Assembly (NCBI GenBank): GCA_964433685.1
Contig: CAYSTY010000001.1
Span: forward strand, 1 to 61,330
Reading direction: 5' to 3'
Source: an uncultured Actinomycetota bacterium
GTDB taxonomy: Bacteria > Actinomycetota > Nitriliruptoria > Nitriliruptorales > Nitriliruptoraceae
DNA: 61,330 bases
In this document: positions 17,252 through 26,538 of the stretch, in pieces
Position numbering within the stretch: position 1 is the stretch's first letter
Layout: each line of letters begins with the position of its first letter
Translations under genes and position numbers: made by a program
Notes under the pieces: model-generated
What the model saw: only the letters and a program-made list of their open reading frames with translations
The model's database searches: none
What the model was told of the DNA's origin: nothing

Positions 17252-18469
17252 GTGCTGAAGAACTTCTGGTACGCGGTCGCGTGGGACAACGAGGTGACCG
17301 ACGATCCCCACCGCATCACGGTGCTCGGGCAGGACCTCGCGCTGTTCCGCACCTCGGACGGCAAGGCGCACTGCGTCTCCGACCTGTGCGTGCACCGCGG
17401 CGGCTCCCTCGGCGACGGTTGGGTCAGCAACGACTGCATCGTCTGCCCCTACCACGGGTGGCAGTTCAAGGCGGACGGGGAGTGCGTGAAGATCCCGGCC
17501 TCCCCGGGCGGCGGCCCCATCCCCAAGAAGGCCCGGGTGGACGCCTACCCCGTCGAGGAGCGTTACGGCTGGGTGTGGGTCTTCCTCGGCGATCTGCCCG
17601 AGGAGGAGCGTCCGCCCATCCCGGTGTTCCCCGAGCTCGAGCTCGACCCGGCGACCTCGCCGTGGCGGACCGTCCGCGGTGAGTACATGTGGGACGCCAA
17701 CTACGAGCGCATCGTCGAGAACGGCGTCGACGTCGCCCACACCTCGTTCGTCCACACCTTCGGCAACCGTGAGAAGCCGGAGGTCCTGACCCAGGAGATC
17801 ACGCTCGAGGAGTGGGCGTGCCACATGGACGTCACCCTCGAGCCGTCGCCGTCCAAGGGCATCTACAAGCGCCTGTACAAGGACAAGCCGAAGGTCGCGG
17901 TGCGGTCCTCGTGGTGGATGCCGTCGATCGTCCGCATCCACATCCAGAACCCCATGGGTCACATCATCATCTACGACACCAACATCCCGATCACCGAGAC
18001 CAAGACCCGGACCCTCTACCTCGGGATGCGCAACTTCTTCACCGGGTCGTGGGCGGACCGGGACGCCAAGCGGCGCATCCGCGCGATCTTCGACCAGGAC
18101 GCCGCGGTCGTGCAGGCCCAGCGGCCCGAGCTGCTGCCCTGGGACATGGACGCCGAGCTGCACCACAAGTCCGACCGCCCCGCGGTCGAGTACCGCAAGA
18201 AGCGGCGTCAGCTGATCAACGCCGGGTGGGGCATCGACGCCCACCGGTTGTCGACCAACAAGCCGCGTGGTGAGGCGACGGTCATCCCCTCCCCCGCGCG
18301 TCGGGCGAACCCCGACCTCAAGCACGCCTGGGTCCTCAAGGAGGTCGAAGCCGCCGACTTCCGCGACAACAAGGGCGACTTCTCCGGCACGATGATCGGC
18401 GAGGACGGCGACGCTGCCGGCCTGAACGGCGGCGGCGACGTCGAGGACACCACCACCACCGTCCCCTGA
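17252..18469 (+). CDS. Rieske non-heme iron oxygenase alpha subunit (VanA/PaO/CAO-type)
   Basis: NFWY; CVHRG..CPYHGW Rieske motif; ENGVDVAHTSFVH mononuclear Fe motif; IFDQD. Confidence 0.9.
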   Translation: MLKNFWYAVAWDNEVTDDPHRITVLGQDLALFRTSDGKAHCVSDLCVHRGGSLGDGWVSNDCIVCPYHGWQFKADGECVKIPASPGGGPIPKKARVDAYPVEERYGWVWVFLGDLPEEERPPIPVFPELELDPATSPWRTVRGEYMWDANYERIVENGVDVAHTSFVHTFGNREKPEVLTQEITLEEWACHMDVTLEPSPSKGIYKRLYKDKPKVAVRSSWWMPSIVRIHIQNPMGHIIIYDTNIPITETKTRTLYLGMRNFFTGSWADRDAKRRIRAIFDQDAAVVQAQRPELLPWDMDAELHHKSDRPAVEYRKKRRQLINAGWGIDAHRLSTNKPRGEATVIPSPARRANPDLKHAWVLKEVEAADFRDNKGDFSGTMIGEDGDAAGLNGGGDVEDTTTTVP

Positions 18470-18490
18470 CCTGCACCCTGCGGCGACAGC

Positions 18491-18517
18491 CCGGCCCCGC
18501 CCCCCCGGCGGGGCCGG
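18491..18517. terminator. Hairpin between convergent genes
   Basis: CCGGCCCCGCC-ccccc-GGCGGGGCCGG, perfect 11-bp stem. Confidence 0.6.
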
Positions 18518-18530
18518 TCCGCGTCCGGGT

Positions 18531-19445
18531 TCAGGCGTACCGACGTTGCGCCGCCTCGACCGCCGGGAGTCCCAGGCGGGCGTTGAGCTCGTCCCAGCCG
18601 AGGCGATCGGTGCGGGCCACGCGGTGCGTCGCGAGGTCGGCGTAGGTCCGGGCGGCAGCCGACGCCATCGCCAGGAGCGCCGCCACCGGGTGGATGACCA
18701 GGCGCACGCCGAGCGCCGCGAGCGCCGCGTCGCTCGGGGGCGCATCGAGGTGTCCCGCCGCCTCGGAACGGTTGAGCACGAGCGGCGCGTCGGGCAGGGC
18801 GGTGTGCACCACACCGAGCTCGCTGCGCCCGTGGACCCCCTCGACGAACACCAGATCGGCTCCGGCCTCGGCGAACCGGCCCGCCCGGTCGATCGCGGCC
18901 GACAGCCCGTCCACCGAGCGCGCGTCGGTCCGTGCGATGACCACGATCGTCCCGGCCGAGGCCTCGACGGCGGCGCGTACGCGCTGGACCGCCTCGGGGA
19001 CGGGGACCACCTGCTTGCCGCGCATGTGCCCGCAGCGCTTCGGTGCGGTCTGGTCCTCGAGGTGGAGGGCGGCGACGCCCGCGTCGCGGTAGCGCGTCAC
19101 CGTGCGTGCCGCGTGGACGGCGTTGCCGTAGCCGGTGTCCGCGTCGGCCACCAGCGGCAGGTCCGTCCCAGCGCGGACGGTCGCGGCGACGGCGAGGATC
19201 TCCGCCGCGCCGACGAAGCCGAGGTCGGGCTGTCCGAGGTGGACCGCGGAGACGGCGGCTCCGGACAGGTAGGCCACCTCGAAACCGGCCGCCTCGACCA
19301 GGCGTCCCGTCAGGGCGTCGGCGCAGCCGGGCGCGTGCAGGACCCGGTCCGTACGCAGCGCACCGCGCAGTCGCGCCCACGCGGGACCGACGGGCTCGGA
19401 CGGCACGGACGGCACGGACGGCACGGACGGCACGGTCGGGGCCAC
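18531..19445 (-). CDS. Isocitrate lyase/PEP mutase family lyase (methylisocitrate or 2,3-dimethylmalate lyase-like)
   Basis: GTG 19445 with GGAGG RBS; YLSG, PLVADADTGYG, HLEDQ..PKRCGH, IARTD, FVEG. Confidence 0.9.
   Translation of the reverse strand: MAPTVPSVPSVPSVPSEPVGPAWARLRGALRTDRVLHAPGCADALTGRLVEAAGFEVAYLSGAAVSAVHLGQPDLGFVGAAEILAVAATVRAGTDLPLVADADTGYGNAVHAARTVTRYRDAGVAALHLEDQTAPKRCGHMRGKQVVPVPEAVQRVRAAVEASAGTIVVIARTDARSVDGLSAAIDRAGRFAEAGADLVFVEGVHGRSELGVVHTALPDAPLVLNRSEAAGHLDAPPSDAALAALGVRLVIHPVAALLAMASAAARTYADLATHRVARTDRLGWDELNARLGLPAVEAAQRRYA
19398..19433 (-). repeat. 9-bp tandem repeat x4 (encodes VPS repeats)
   Basis: GGACGGCAC x4 near the 5' end of the lyase gene. Confidence 0.85.
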
Positions 19446-19446
19446 G

Positions 19447-20961
19447 TCAGCCTCCCGGGTAGCCGGCGCCGGCGGCGCCGTCGGCACCCGGGCGGAAGGC
19501 CGCAGGTGCGTTGATCGCGTGGCTCGTGAGGTACTCGCGGACGCCGGCCTCGCCGTACTCGCGCCCGTACCCGGACAGCCTCCGGCCGCCGAAGGGCGCA
19601 CGCAGCGACATCCCGGACCGGTTGTGGGTGTTGATGAAGCTGACCCCGGCGACGAGACGGCGCGCCACGCGGAGCGCACGTTCCTCGTCGGCCGACCACA
19701 CCGACGACCCGAGCGCGAGGTCCCCCGCGTTCGCCCGCGCCACCACCTCGTCGTCGTCGTCGAAGGCGAGCACGGGCACCGTGGGTCCGAACTGCTCGTC
19801 GACCACGACCGGGTCCTCGTCGGCGGCGCCCAGCACCAGGGTCGGGCGTGCGAAGTAGCCGGCGGCGACCAGCTCCTCGTCGGCGGTGCGACCGAGGGGG
19901 TGCACCTCGGCGCCCCGGTCCGCCGCGCCGGCGACGAGCGCGTCGACACGGTCGGCGCTCGCCCGGTCCACCAGCGGCCCCACCGTGGTCGCCGCGTCGG
20001 CGGGGTCGCCGACGACCAGCGCTCGAGCGGCGACCTCGAGGTAGCGGCTGACGAGCTCGTCGTAGCGCGAGCGGTGGACGTAGACGCGCTTGGCGGCCAT
20101 GCACACCTGGCCGGACGTGATGAAGCTCGCGTGCACGAGGCGTTCGACCGCCGCCGGTGAGAGGTCGACGTCGTCGAGCAGCACGGCGGCGTCGTTCCCA
20201 CCGAGCTCGAGCACCAACGGCACGACGCGCTCCGCGGCACGGCGCGCGATGGCCCGGCCGGTCGTCAGGCCGCCGGTGAACGCGATCTTCGCGACCGCGG
20301 GGTGGCTGGTGAGGGCGTCGCCGACCTCGGCGTCGCCGTGGATCACGTTCAGCACGCCCGGGGGCAACAGCTGCGCGATCGCCGACAGCACCCGGGTGAC
20401 CGCGAGGGGCGCCAGCGGGGACGGCTTGACCACGATGGTGTTGCCCGTCGCCAACGCGGGTGCGACCTTCAGCATCGACAGGATGATGGGGGCGTTCCAG
20501 GGGGTGATCGCGGCCACGACCCCGTGCGGGGTCGGCCGCAGCTCGAGCCGTCCGCGGTCGTCATCGACCACGGTCGGGGTGAGCAGGGGTGGCGCGATCG
20601 CGGCGACGTCGCGCAGGTAGGAGGCCGCGAACCGCAGCTCACCCTCGCAGTCGGGCAGGACCTTGCCGAGCTCGCGGCACAGCAGCGGTGCGACCTCGTC
20701 GACGAGCGCGTCGCAGGTCGCGGCCGCGACCCGCACGAGCCGCAGCCGCTCCTCGGTGGGTGTGGCCGCCCACCCTGGGGCCGCTGCGGCCGCCGCGTCG
20801 ACGGCCCTGGCGGCGTCGGCCGCGTCGACGCGTGCGACCCGGCCGGCCCGGCAGGCGGGACGGGTCGGGTCCTCGCGTTCGATCCACGCGCCGGTGACCA
20901 GCGGTCCGCCGGCGACGTACGCCGGCAGCTCCACCGGACCGACGCGCGCGTCCACGCTCAC
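19447..20961 (-). CDS. Aldehyde dehydrogenase
   Basis: ITPWN, KPS, FTGG, LELGGND, GQVC, EQFGP, PFGG..SGYGRE. Confidence 0.9.
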   Translation of the reverse strand: MSVDARVGPVELPAYVAGGPLVTGAWIEREDPTRPACRAGRVARVDAADAARAVDAAAAAAPGWAATPTEERLRLVRVAAATCDALVDEVAPLLCRELGKVLPDCEGELRFAASYLRDVAAIAPPLLTPTVVDDDRGRLELRPTPHGVVAAITPWNAPIILSMLKVAPALATGNTIVVKPSPLAPLAVTRVLSAIAQLLPPGVLNVIHGDAEVGDALTSHPAVAKIAFTGGLTTGRAIARRAAERVVPLVLELGGNDAAVLLDDVDLSPAAVERLVHASFITSGQVCMAAKRVYVHRSRYDELVSRYLEVAARALVVGDPADAATTVGPLVDRASADRVDALVAGAADRGAEVHPLGRTADEELVAAGYFARPTLVLGAADEDPVVVDEQFGPTVPVLAFDDDDEVVARANAGDLALGSSVWSADEERALRVARRLVAGVSFINTHNRSGMSLRAPFGGRRLSGYGREYGEAGVREYLTSHAINAPAAFRPGADGAAGAGYPGG

Positions 20962-21356
20962 CACCACTGCCCGTAGACCCGCCGCACCGTGATCTCGGTC
21001 ACGACGCGTTCGGCGTCCGGCTGCGGCGGTGGCCCGTAGCGGCGTTCGTAGCGGGCGAGCGCGTCGGCGACGCGGTCGCCATCCGCGACGGTGCGGGCCT
21101 CACCCTCCAGCGCCATCCAGCACGGACCCACGACCTGGCTCACGGTCACGGGCGCACCGTCGCCGATGAGCCCGACCCGGAACGATCCCGGGCGGGTGAG
21201 GATCCGGGCGACCCGCTCGTCGGGGTCGTAGGTGACACCGACCACCGCGACGTGCGGGGCGCCACCGTCCGGGCGTGGGGTCGCGAGCACCGCGAGGTGC
21301 GGTTCACCGAGGCTGTCGAGGTAGCCGGCCGGCAACGCGTCCAGGGGGAGACTCAA
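20958..21356 (-). CDS. PPOX-class F420-dependent reductase, Rv2074 (biliverdin reductase)-like
   Basis: HLAVLATPRPDG.PHVAVVGVTYDP..VARILT..GS, SQVVG.WMALEG, RYERRY, RVVTEI.V.RVYG are colinear with the recalled Rv2074 sequence. Confidence 0.75.
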   Translation of the reverse strand: MSLPLDALPAGYLDSLGEPHLAVLATPRPDGGAPHVAVVGVTYDPDERVARILTRPGSFRVGLIGDGAPVTVSQVVGPCWMALEGEARTVADGDRVADALARYERRYGPPPQPDAERVVTEITVRRVYGQWW

Positions 21357-21384
21357 CGTGATGACCTCTCGTCACAACTGCTCG

Positions 21385-22560
21385 TCACAACAGATCGGGC
21401 ACCGTGTCCAACAACGTCGTCCGGCGCAGGTAGGCCCGCGCGGCGACGCGATCGGCTGCCAGCGCCGCCTGGTCGCGGTGGTGCGCCGCGCGGACCTGCG
21501 GGTCGCGTTCCTCGAGCCGTTGCTTGTTGGCCCGGGTCTGGCGGTCGACGACCTCGAGCGCGACCTGGCGACGTCGCGACGCGTACTCGTCGAGCTCGCG
21601 GTCGTCGGCACCGTCGACCACCACGTCACCGAGCCGGCGCGTCAGGCTCCAGGCGTCGAGCAGACCGCTGTTCATCCCGAGCCCGCCGAGCGGGTTGTTG
21701 AGGTGCGCCGCATCACCGGCGAGCAGGACCCGGCCGTCGCGGAAGCGTTCGGCGACCTTCTGGTGGATCTCGTAGGCGCTCGACTGCAGGATGGGGTACG
21801 GCTCGTCCCGCGGGGCGAGCCGTTGGAGCCGCTCCTCGAGCCGCTCCGGCCGTCGGGCGTCCTCGAGGGCCTCCTCCGGTCCCAGCGGGAACAGCACCCG
21901 CCAGTGGTCGGGCGTCTGCAGCAGGACCAGCCACTCGTCGGGGTCGCTGACGTAGTTGACGCCGGCCAGGCCCGGGACCACGGTGCGCAGGTCGAGCGGG
22001 GTCGACACCACGAGGAACCGCTCGGCGTAGGTGAACCCCTCGTGCTCGACACCGAGCGACCGCCGGACGGCGCTGTGCGCGCCGTCGGCGCCCACGAGCC
22101 ACGCGCCACCGACCCGCTCCCCCGCGTCGAGCACGACCTCGACACCGGTGGCGTCCTGCTCGACGGCGGCGACGGCGGCGCCGTAACGGAGGGTCACGTG
22201 CGGCAGGTCCGCGATGCGCTGCGCCAGGAGGAGGCACAGCTTCGACTGCTCGAGCTGGACCCGGTAGGGGTAGGGCGTCTCACCGGCGAGCATCCCGAGG
22301 TCGAACTCGGCGACCACGCCCGTCCGCCGGTCCCGCAGCTGGAAGGTGGGTGCGCGCAGCCCGTCGCGTTCGATCGCGTCCACGACCCCGAGCTCGGCGA
22401 GGAAGGCGAGCGAGGGGGGGTGGAAGGTCGAGGCGCGGGAGGCCGAGCCCGGACCGTCCCCCCGCTCGAGGACCACCACCTCGACGCCGCGGCGGCCGAG
22501 CCCGAGCGCGGTCGCCAGCCCCACCGGACCGGCCCCCGCGATGACCACCGGGGCGGACAT
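21385..22560 (-). CDS. FAD-dependent monooxygenase (aromatic hydroxylase family)
   Basis: ATG 22560; GAGPVG, GADGAHSAVR, GRVLLAGDAAH.NNPLGGLGMNSG. Confidence 0.9.
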   Translation of the reverse strand: MSAPVVIAGAGPVGLATALGLGRRGVEVVVLERGDGPGSASRASTFHPPSLAFLAELGVVDAIERDGLRAPTFQLRDRRTGVVAEFDLGMLAGETPYPYRVQLEQSKLCLLLAQRIADLPHVTLRYGAAVAAVEQDATGVEVVLDAGERVGGAWLVGADGAHSAVRRSLGVEHEGFTYAERFLVVSTPLDLRTVVPGLAGVNYVSDPDEWLVLLQTPDHWRVLFPLGPEEALEDARRPERLEERLQRLAPRDEPYPILQSSAYEIHQKVAERFRDGRVLLAGDAAHLNNPLGGLGMNSGLLDAWSLTRRLGDVVVDGADDRELDEYASRRRQVALEVVDRQTRANKQRLEERDPQVRAAHHRDQAALAADRVAARAYLRRTTLLDTVPDLL

Positions 22561-23768
22561 CAGATGGTCCCCGCCGCGACGAGGTCGGCGTACCGGTCGG
22601 CGTCGATGCCGAGCAACCCGCACCACACCTCGACGTTGTGCTCACCGAGCTCCGGGCCGACCGAGCGGACCGACCCCGGGGTGTCCGACAGCTTCGGGAC
22701 CACGTTCTGCATCGGGAGGTCACCGAACTCGGGGTGCGGGACGGTGACGATGGCCTCGCGGGCGGCGAAGTGCTCGTCGGCGAGCATGTCCTCGGCGGTG
22801 TAGATCGGCCCGTGCGGCACCGCGTGCTCGAGCAGCGCGTCGCGCAGCGCGTCGGTGGTGAGCGTCGCGGTCCAGTCGGCGATGAGCTCGTCGAGCTCGG
22901 CCTGCTGCTCTCCGCGGGCCGAGTGCGTGGCGTAGCGCGGATCCGTGGCCAGCTCGCTGCGACCCATCGCGGCGGCCAGACGCGTGAAGACCGTGTCCTG
23001 GTTCGCCGCGATCAGCAGCATCCCGTCGCTGGTCGGGTAGACGTTCGAGGGTGCGACGTTGGGCAGGATCGCGCCGGTGCGTTCCCGGGTGTACCCGGCG
23101 ACCGCGTACTCGGGGACGAGCGACTCCATCATCGCGAGGACGGACTCGTAGATGGCGGCGTCGACGACCTGGCCCCGGCCGGTGCGTTCGCGGGCCTGCA
23201 GCGCCACGAGGGTGCCGAGGCAGGCGTGCGTTGCGGCGAGCGAATCACCGAGCGAGATACCGACGCGGCTCGGCGCGGCGTCCGGTTCCCCGACCACGTA
23301 GCGCAGGCCCCCCATGGCCTCCCCGATGGCCCCGTACCCGGGCTGGGAGGAGTAGGGGCCCGTCTGCCCGAAGCCGGTGACCCGGACCACCACCAGCCCG
23401 GGGTTGGTCTCGTGGAGGGTGTCCGGGCCGAGGTTCCAGCGCTCGAGCGTGCCCGGGCGGAAGTTCTCCACCAGGACGTCGGCCTCGTCGATCAGCTGCC
23501 GGGCGAGCGCCTGTCCCTCCGGGGTGCGCAGGTCGAGCGTGACCGACTTCTTGCCCCGTGCCACCACGGGCCACCACAGGCTCTTGCCGTGCGGCTTCTC
23601 GCGGCCCCACTCGCGCATCGGGTCGCCGGTCCCCGGCTGCTCGATCTTGATGACCTCGGCGCCGTGGTCGGCGAGCAGTTGACCGCAGAACGGCCCCGCG
23701 AGCAGGACCCCCATCTCCACGACCCGCAGCCCGGCCAGTCCACCCGTGCCAGCGGCCAGCTCCACCAC
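22560..23768 (-). CDS. CaiB/BaiF family III CoA-transferase 1
   Basis: LAGP, GAEVIKIE, RGKKS, ENFRPG, GFGQTGP; GAGGAG RBS before GTG 23768. Confidence 0.9.
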   Translation of the reverse strand: MVELAAGTGGLAGLRVVEMGVLLAGPFCGQLLADHGAEVIKIEQPGTGDPMREWGREKPHGKSLWWPVVARGKKSVTLDLRTPEGQALARQLIDEADVLVENFRPGTLERWNLGPDTLHETNPGLVVVRVTGFGQTGPYSSQPGYGAIGEAMGGLRYVVGEPDAAPSRVGISLGDSLAATHACLGTLVALQARERTGRGQVVDAAIYESVLAMMESLVPEYAVAGYTRERTGAILPNVAPSNVYPTSDGMLLIAANQDTVFTRLAAAMGRSELATDPRYATHSARGEQQAELDELIADWTATLTTDALRDALLEHAVPHGPIYTAEDMLADEHFAAREAIVTVPHPEFGDLPMQNVVPKLSDTPGSVRSVGPELGEHNVEVWCGLLGIDADRYADLVAAGTI

Positions 23769-23808
23769 GACGGTCTCCTCGACGTTCGACGTCAGCGGCT
23801 CGCCCGCT

Positions 23809-23818
23809 TTGTATACAT
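23809..23818. promoter_or_regulatory. GntR-type box TTGTATACAT
   Basis: AT-rich palindrome TGTATACA in a divergent intergenic region; 4 related copies in the window. Confidence 0.65.
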
Positions 23819-23938
23819 CGAAGCGGACCCGACGCGGTCGCGTCAAGCACCGCGCGGCCGCGCTCCTCGCCCCGTCGAGCGGCGTACACCGCGGTTCAGG
23901 CCGCCGAACGACGGTTTCGTCCGCCGAGCGTCCCGACC

Positions 23939-23951
23939 GGAACGATGTTCC
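23939..23951. promoter_or_regulatory. Operator copy 5
   Basis: GGAACgatGTTCC upstream of the flavin reductase operon. Confidence 0.65.
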
Positions 23952-23975
23952 GCTCTCGACACGGCGGATCGCCTC

Positions 23976-23985
23976 GTGTATACAT
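23976..23985. promoter_or_regulatory. GntR-type box GTGTATACAT
   Basis: Second TGTATACA copy, just before the RBS of 24008. Confidence 0.65.
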
Positions 23986-24007
23986 ACCGACCGGAGAGGA
24001 GGTGGGT

Positions 24008-24940
24008 GTGACCGTCGATGCAGATGCCTTCCGCGCCGTGATGAGCCGGTGGCCGTCGGGCGTCACCGTGGTGACGACCCGCGACGAGGACGGCCCCTAC
24101 GGGATGACCGCCTCGTCGTTCTCGAGCGTCTCGCTCGATCCACCCCTCGTCTCGGTCTGCATCGCGCGACACCTGCACTCCCACGACCGCATCGCCGCCA
24201 GCGGCCGGTTCGCGGTCAACATCCTCGACAAGGACCAGGTCGACCTCGGTCTGCGCTTCGCCGGGATGCTGCCGGACGTCGAGGACCGCTTCGCCGGGAT
24301 CGAGGTGTCCACGGCCGTGACCGGTGCCCCGCTGCTCGCGGGGACGCTCGGCCACCTCGACTGTCGCGTCTGGCGGGTCCACGACGGTGGCGACCACTCG
24401 ATCTTCGTCGGCGAGGTGCTCGCCGCCGGGACCGACCCGACCGCCTCCCCGCTGCTCTACCACTCCCGGTCCTGGGGACAGTTCGCGGACGTGCTCGCCT
24501 CCGAGGCCGTGCTGCACCGCGAGGTGGCGCCCGGGATGGCCGTGCTCGACGCCGCCTTCGGCGCGTCCGCGGAGGCACCCGCCGAGCTGGACACGGTCGT
24601 CGCCCGCGTCGGTGCACTGCTCGCGGACGGGCCGGCGCACCTCGTGCTCGACGATGCGCCGGCCGCCGCCGACCCGCGCCAGGTCCGCGAGGTGCTGCAG
24701 GCGTTGGCCGGCCACGTCGGCCGCACCCGCGTGGCACTCCGCGCCGGCGCGGGACCCGTGGCGCTCGCCAACGTCCTCGTCGCGCTCAAGTCCGGGGTCC
24801 GTGACCTGCACACCGGCGACGGCACCACCTTCGTCGCGCACGTCGACGTCGAGCGGATGCTGATGCGCATGGGCGTCACGGTCCGCTCACCCGCAGCACC
24901 CGACGTGACGACCCCCGAACCCCCACCGACCCGGAGCTGA
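24008..24940 (+). CDS. Flavin reductase (HpaC-like) fused to a degenerate HMG-CoA-lyase-like C-terminal segment
   Basis: FRAVMSRWPSGVTVVT, SVSLDPPL, GGDHSIFVGEV; the C-terminus aligns to the second half of HMGL. Confidence 0.85.
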   Translation: MTVDADAFRAVMSRWPSGVTVVTTRDEDGPYGMTASSFSSVSLDPPLVSVCIARHLHSHDRIAASGRFAVNILDKDQVDLGLRFAGMLPDVEDRFAGIEVSTAVTGAPLLAGTLGHLDCRVWRVHDGGDHSIFVGEVLAAGTDPTASPLLYHSRSWGQFADVLASEAVLHREVAPGMAVLDAAFGASAEAPAELDTVVARVGALLADGPAHLVLDDAPAAADPRQVREVLQALAGHVGRTRVALRAGAGPVALANVLVALKSGVRDLHTGDGTTFVAHVDVERMLMRMGVTVRSPAAPDVTTPEPPPTRS

Positions 24941-24943
24941 ACG

Positions 24944-25225
24944 TTGTTGACCCACGTGGTGATGCTGGAACTGCGCGACCCCGCCGAGGCCGATCGTTTC
25001 GCCGCTCGGCTCCGAGGGCTCGAAGGGCGTGTCCCGGGGCTGCTCGCGGTCCGCGCCGGCGCGAACGCCATCCCCTCCGACCGCGCCAAGGACCTGGTCC
25101 TGATCGCCGACTTCGAGGACGAAGCAGCGCTGGCCGCCTACCAGGACCACCCGGCGCACCTGGAGATCGCCGGCGACCTGCGTGCCGCGGCGACGTCGAT
25201 CGCGGTCGTCGACTTCACGTCCTGA
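24944..25225 (+). CDS. Dabb (stress-responsive A/B barrel) family protein
   Basis: THVVML..., F.DEAALAAYQDHPAH, VDF. Confidence 0.8.
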   Translation: MLTHVVMLELRDPAEADRFAARLRGLEGRVPGLLAVRAGANAIPSDRAKDLVLIADFEDEAALAAYQDHPAHLEIAGDLRAAATSIAVVDFTS

Positions 25226-25263
25226 CCCCACCCCGGCGACCAGCCCGTACCGAGGAGCTCCGC

Positions 25264-26538
25264 GTGCCGACCCTCACCGCCGAACGCCTGCTCGAGGACA
25301 TGTCGGACGCCGAACGCGCCCGCGCCGAGCGGGTCGAGTCGGTGCTCCCCGCCCTCCGTGACGCTGCCGCCGAGGCCGACCGTCTCGGGGAGTTCCACCG
25401 TCCGCACGTCGACCTGCTGTCGAAGGCGGACCTGCTCGGCCTCATCGTGCCGCAGGCCTACGGCGGTCTCGGCGGCGGCCTGCGCGACCTCGCCGCGGCC
25501 ACCTTCGCGATGGGTTCCGCCTGCCCGTCGACGGCGCTCGCGTTCTTCTTCCACTGCTCCTCGGCATCGCGCGGGCTGCTCCCGCTCGAGGCGCTCGACG
25601 CCGGCCTGTTCGGTGACGAGGACGCCCCCACCGTCCGCGCCTTCGCCGAGAAGGTGCTGCACCTGATGGGCACCGAGGCGAAGTGGCTGGCCAACTTCGC
25701 GTCCGAGTCGGTCAAGTCGTCGCAGGCGAAGATCGCCATCGCGACCACCGCCACCCCGGTGGATGGCGGCTACCGCCTCGACGGGGTCAAGGCCTACGGC
25801 TGCGCGACCGGCGTCGCCGACCGCTACCTCGTGACCGCCAAGCTCGCCGGCGACGACACCTCGGCGGACGCCCTGTGCGTCTTCCTCGTCGACCGCGACG
25901 CGTCGGGTGTCAGCGAGCGGCAGCGGTGGGACGCGCTCGGCATGCGGGCCACGGCGACGCACGGCATCGTCCTCGAGGACGTCTTCGTGCCCGAGGAGGA
26001 CGCGCTCGCCCTGCCCGGCGCGTTCGTCAGGATGATGCAGGTCAGCCGCGGCTCGTTCGTCGGCAACCAGCTCGGCGCGAACGCGGTGTACGTCGGTGCG
26101 GCGCAGTCGATCTACGACACCGCCCTCGACCGCCTGACCACGACCCGTTTCGGGGACACCGGCGAACCGATCGCCACCACCCCCTTCCACCAGCAGCTGA
26201 TCGGGCAGATGACCTACGAGCTCGACGCGGCCTACCTGTGGCTGCGGCGTCAGCTCCTGCTCGAGAGCTCCGAGCCGCCGCTGAGGCCCAAGGACGAGGT
26301 CGTCCGCTCGTGGCGCCTCGCCAAGGGGTCGGTGTGCGAGCACACCCACGAGGTCGCCGCGCTCGCGCTCAAGGCGTGCGGGACCTCGGCGACCGCCGAC
26401 AGCGGGGTCATCGCCCGTGGGTTCCGCGACACCGCCATGGGTCTGGTCCAGTCCTTCCCCGCCGAGCGCGGCCGCCTCGAAGCCGCCGCCATGGTCGTCA
26501 ACGGACACGAACCGACCCAGTTCGGCGCCGCCCGATGA
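25264..26538 (+). CDS. Acyl-CoA dehydrogenase-fold flavoprotein (possible two-component monooxygenase)
   Basis: VPQAYGGLG, GYRLDGVK, WDALGMRATAT..LEDVFVP; co-transcribed with a flavin reductase. Confidence 0.85.
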   Translation: MPTLTAERLLEDMSDAERARAERVESVLPALRDAAAEADRLGEFHRPHVDLLSKADLLGLIVPQAYGGLGGGLRDLAAATFAMGSACPSTALAFFFHCSSASRGLLPLEALDAGLFGDEDAPTVRAFAEKVLHLMGTEAKWLANFASESVKSSQAKIAIATTATPVDGGYRLDGVKAYGCATGVADRYLVTAKLAGDDTSADALCVFLVDRDASGVSERQRWDALGMRATATHGIVLEDVFVPEEDALALPGAFVRMMQVSRGSFVGNQLGANAVYVGAAQSIYDTALDRLTTTRFGDTGEPIATTPFHQQLIGQMTYELDAAYLWLRRQLLLESSEPPLRPKDEVVRSWRLAKGSVCEHTHEVAALALKACGTSATADSGVIARGFRDTAMGLVQSFPAERGRLEAAAMVVNGHEPTQFGAAR

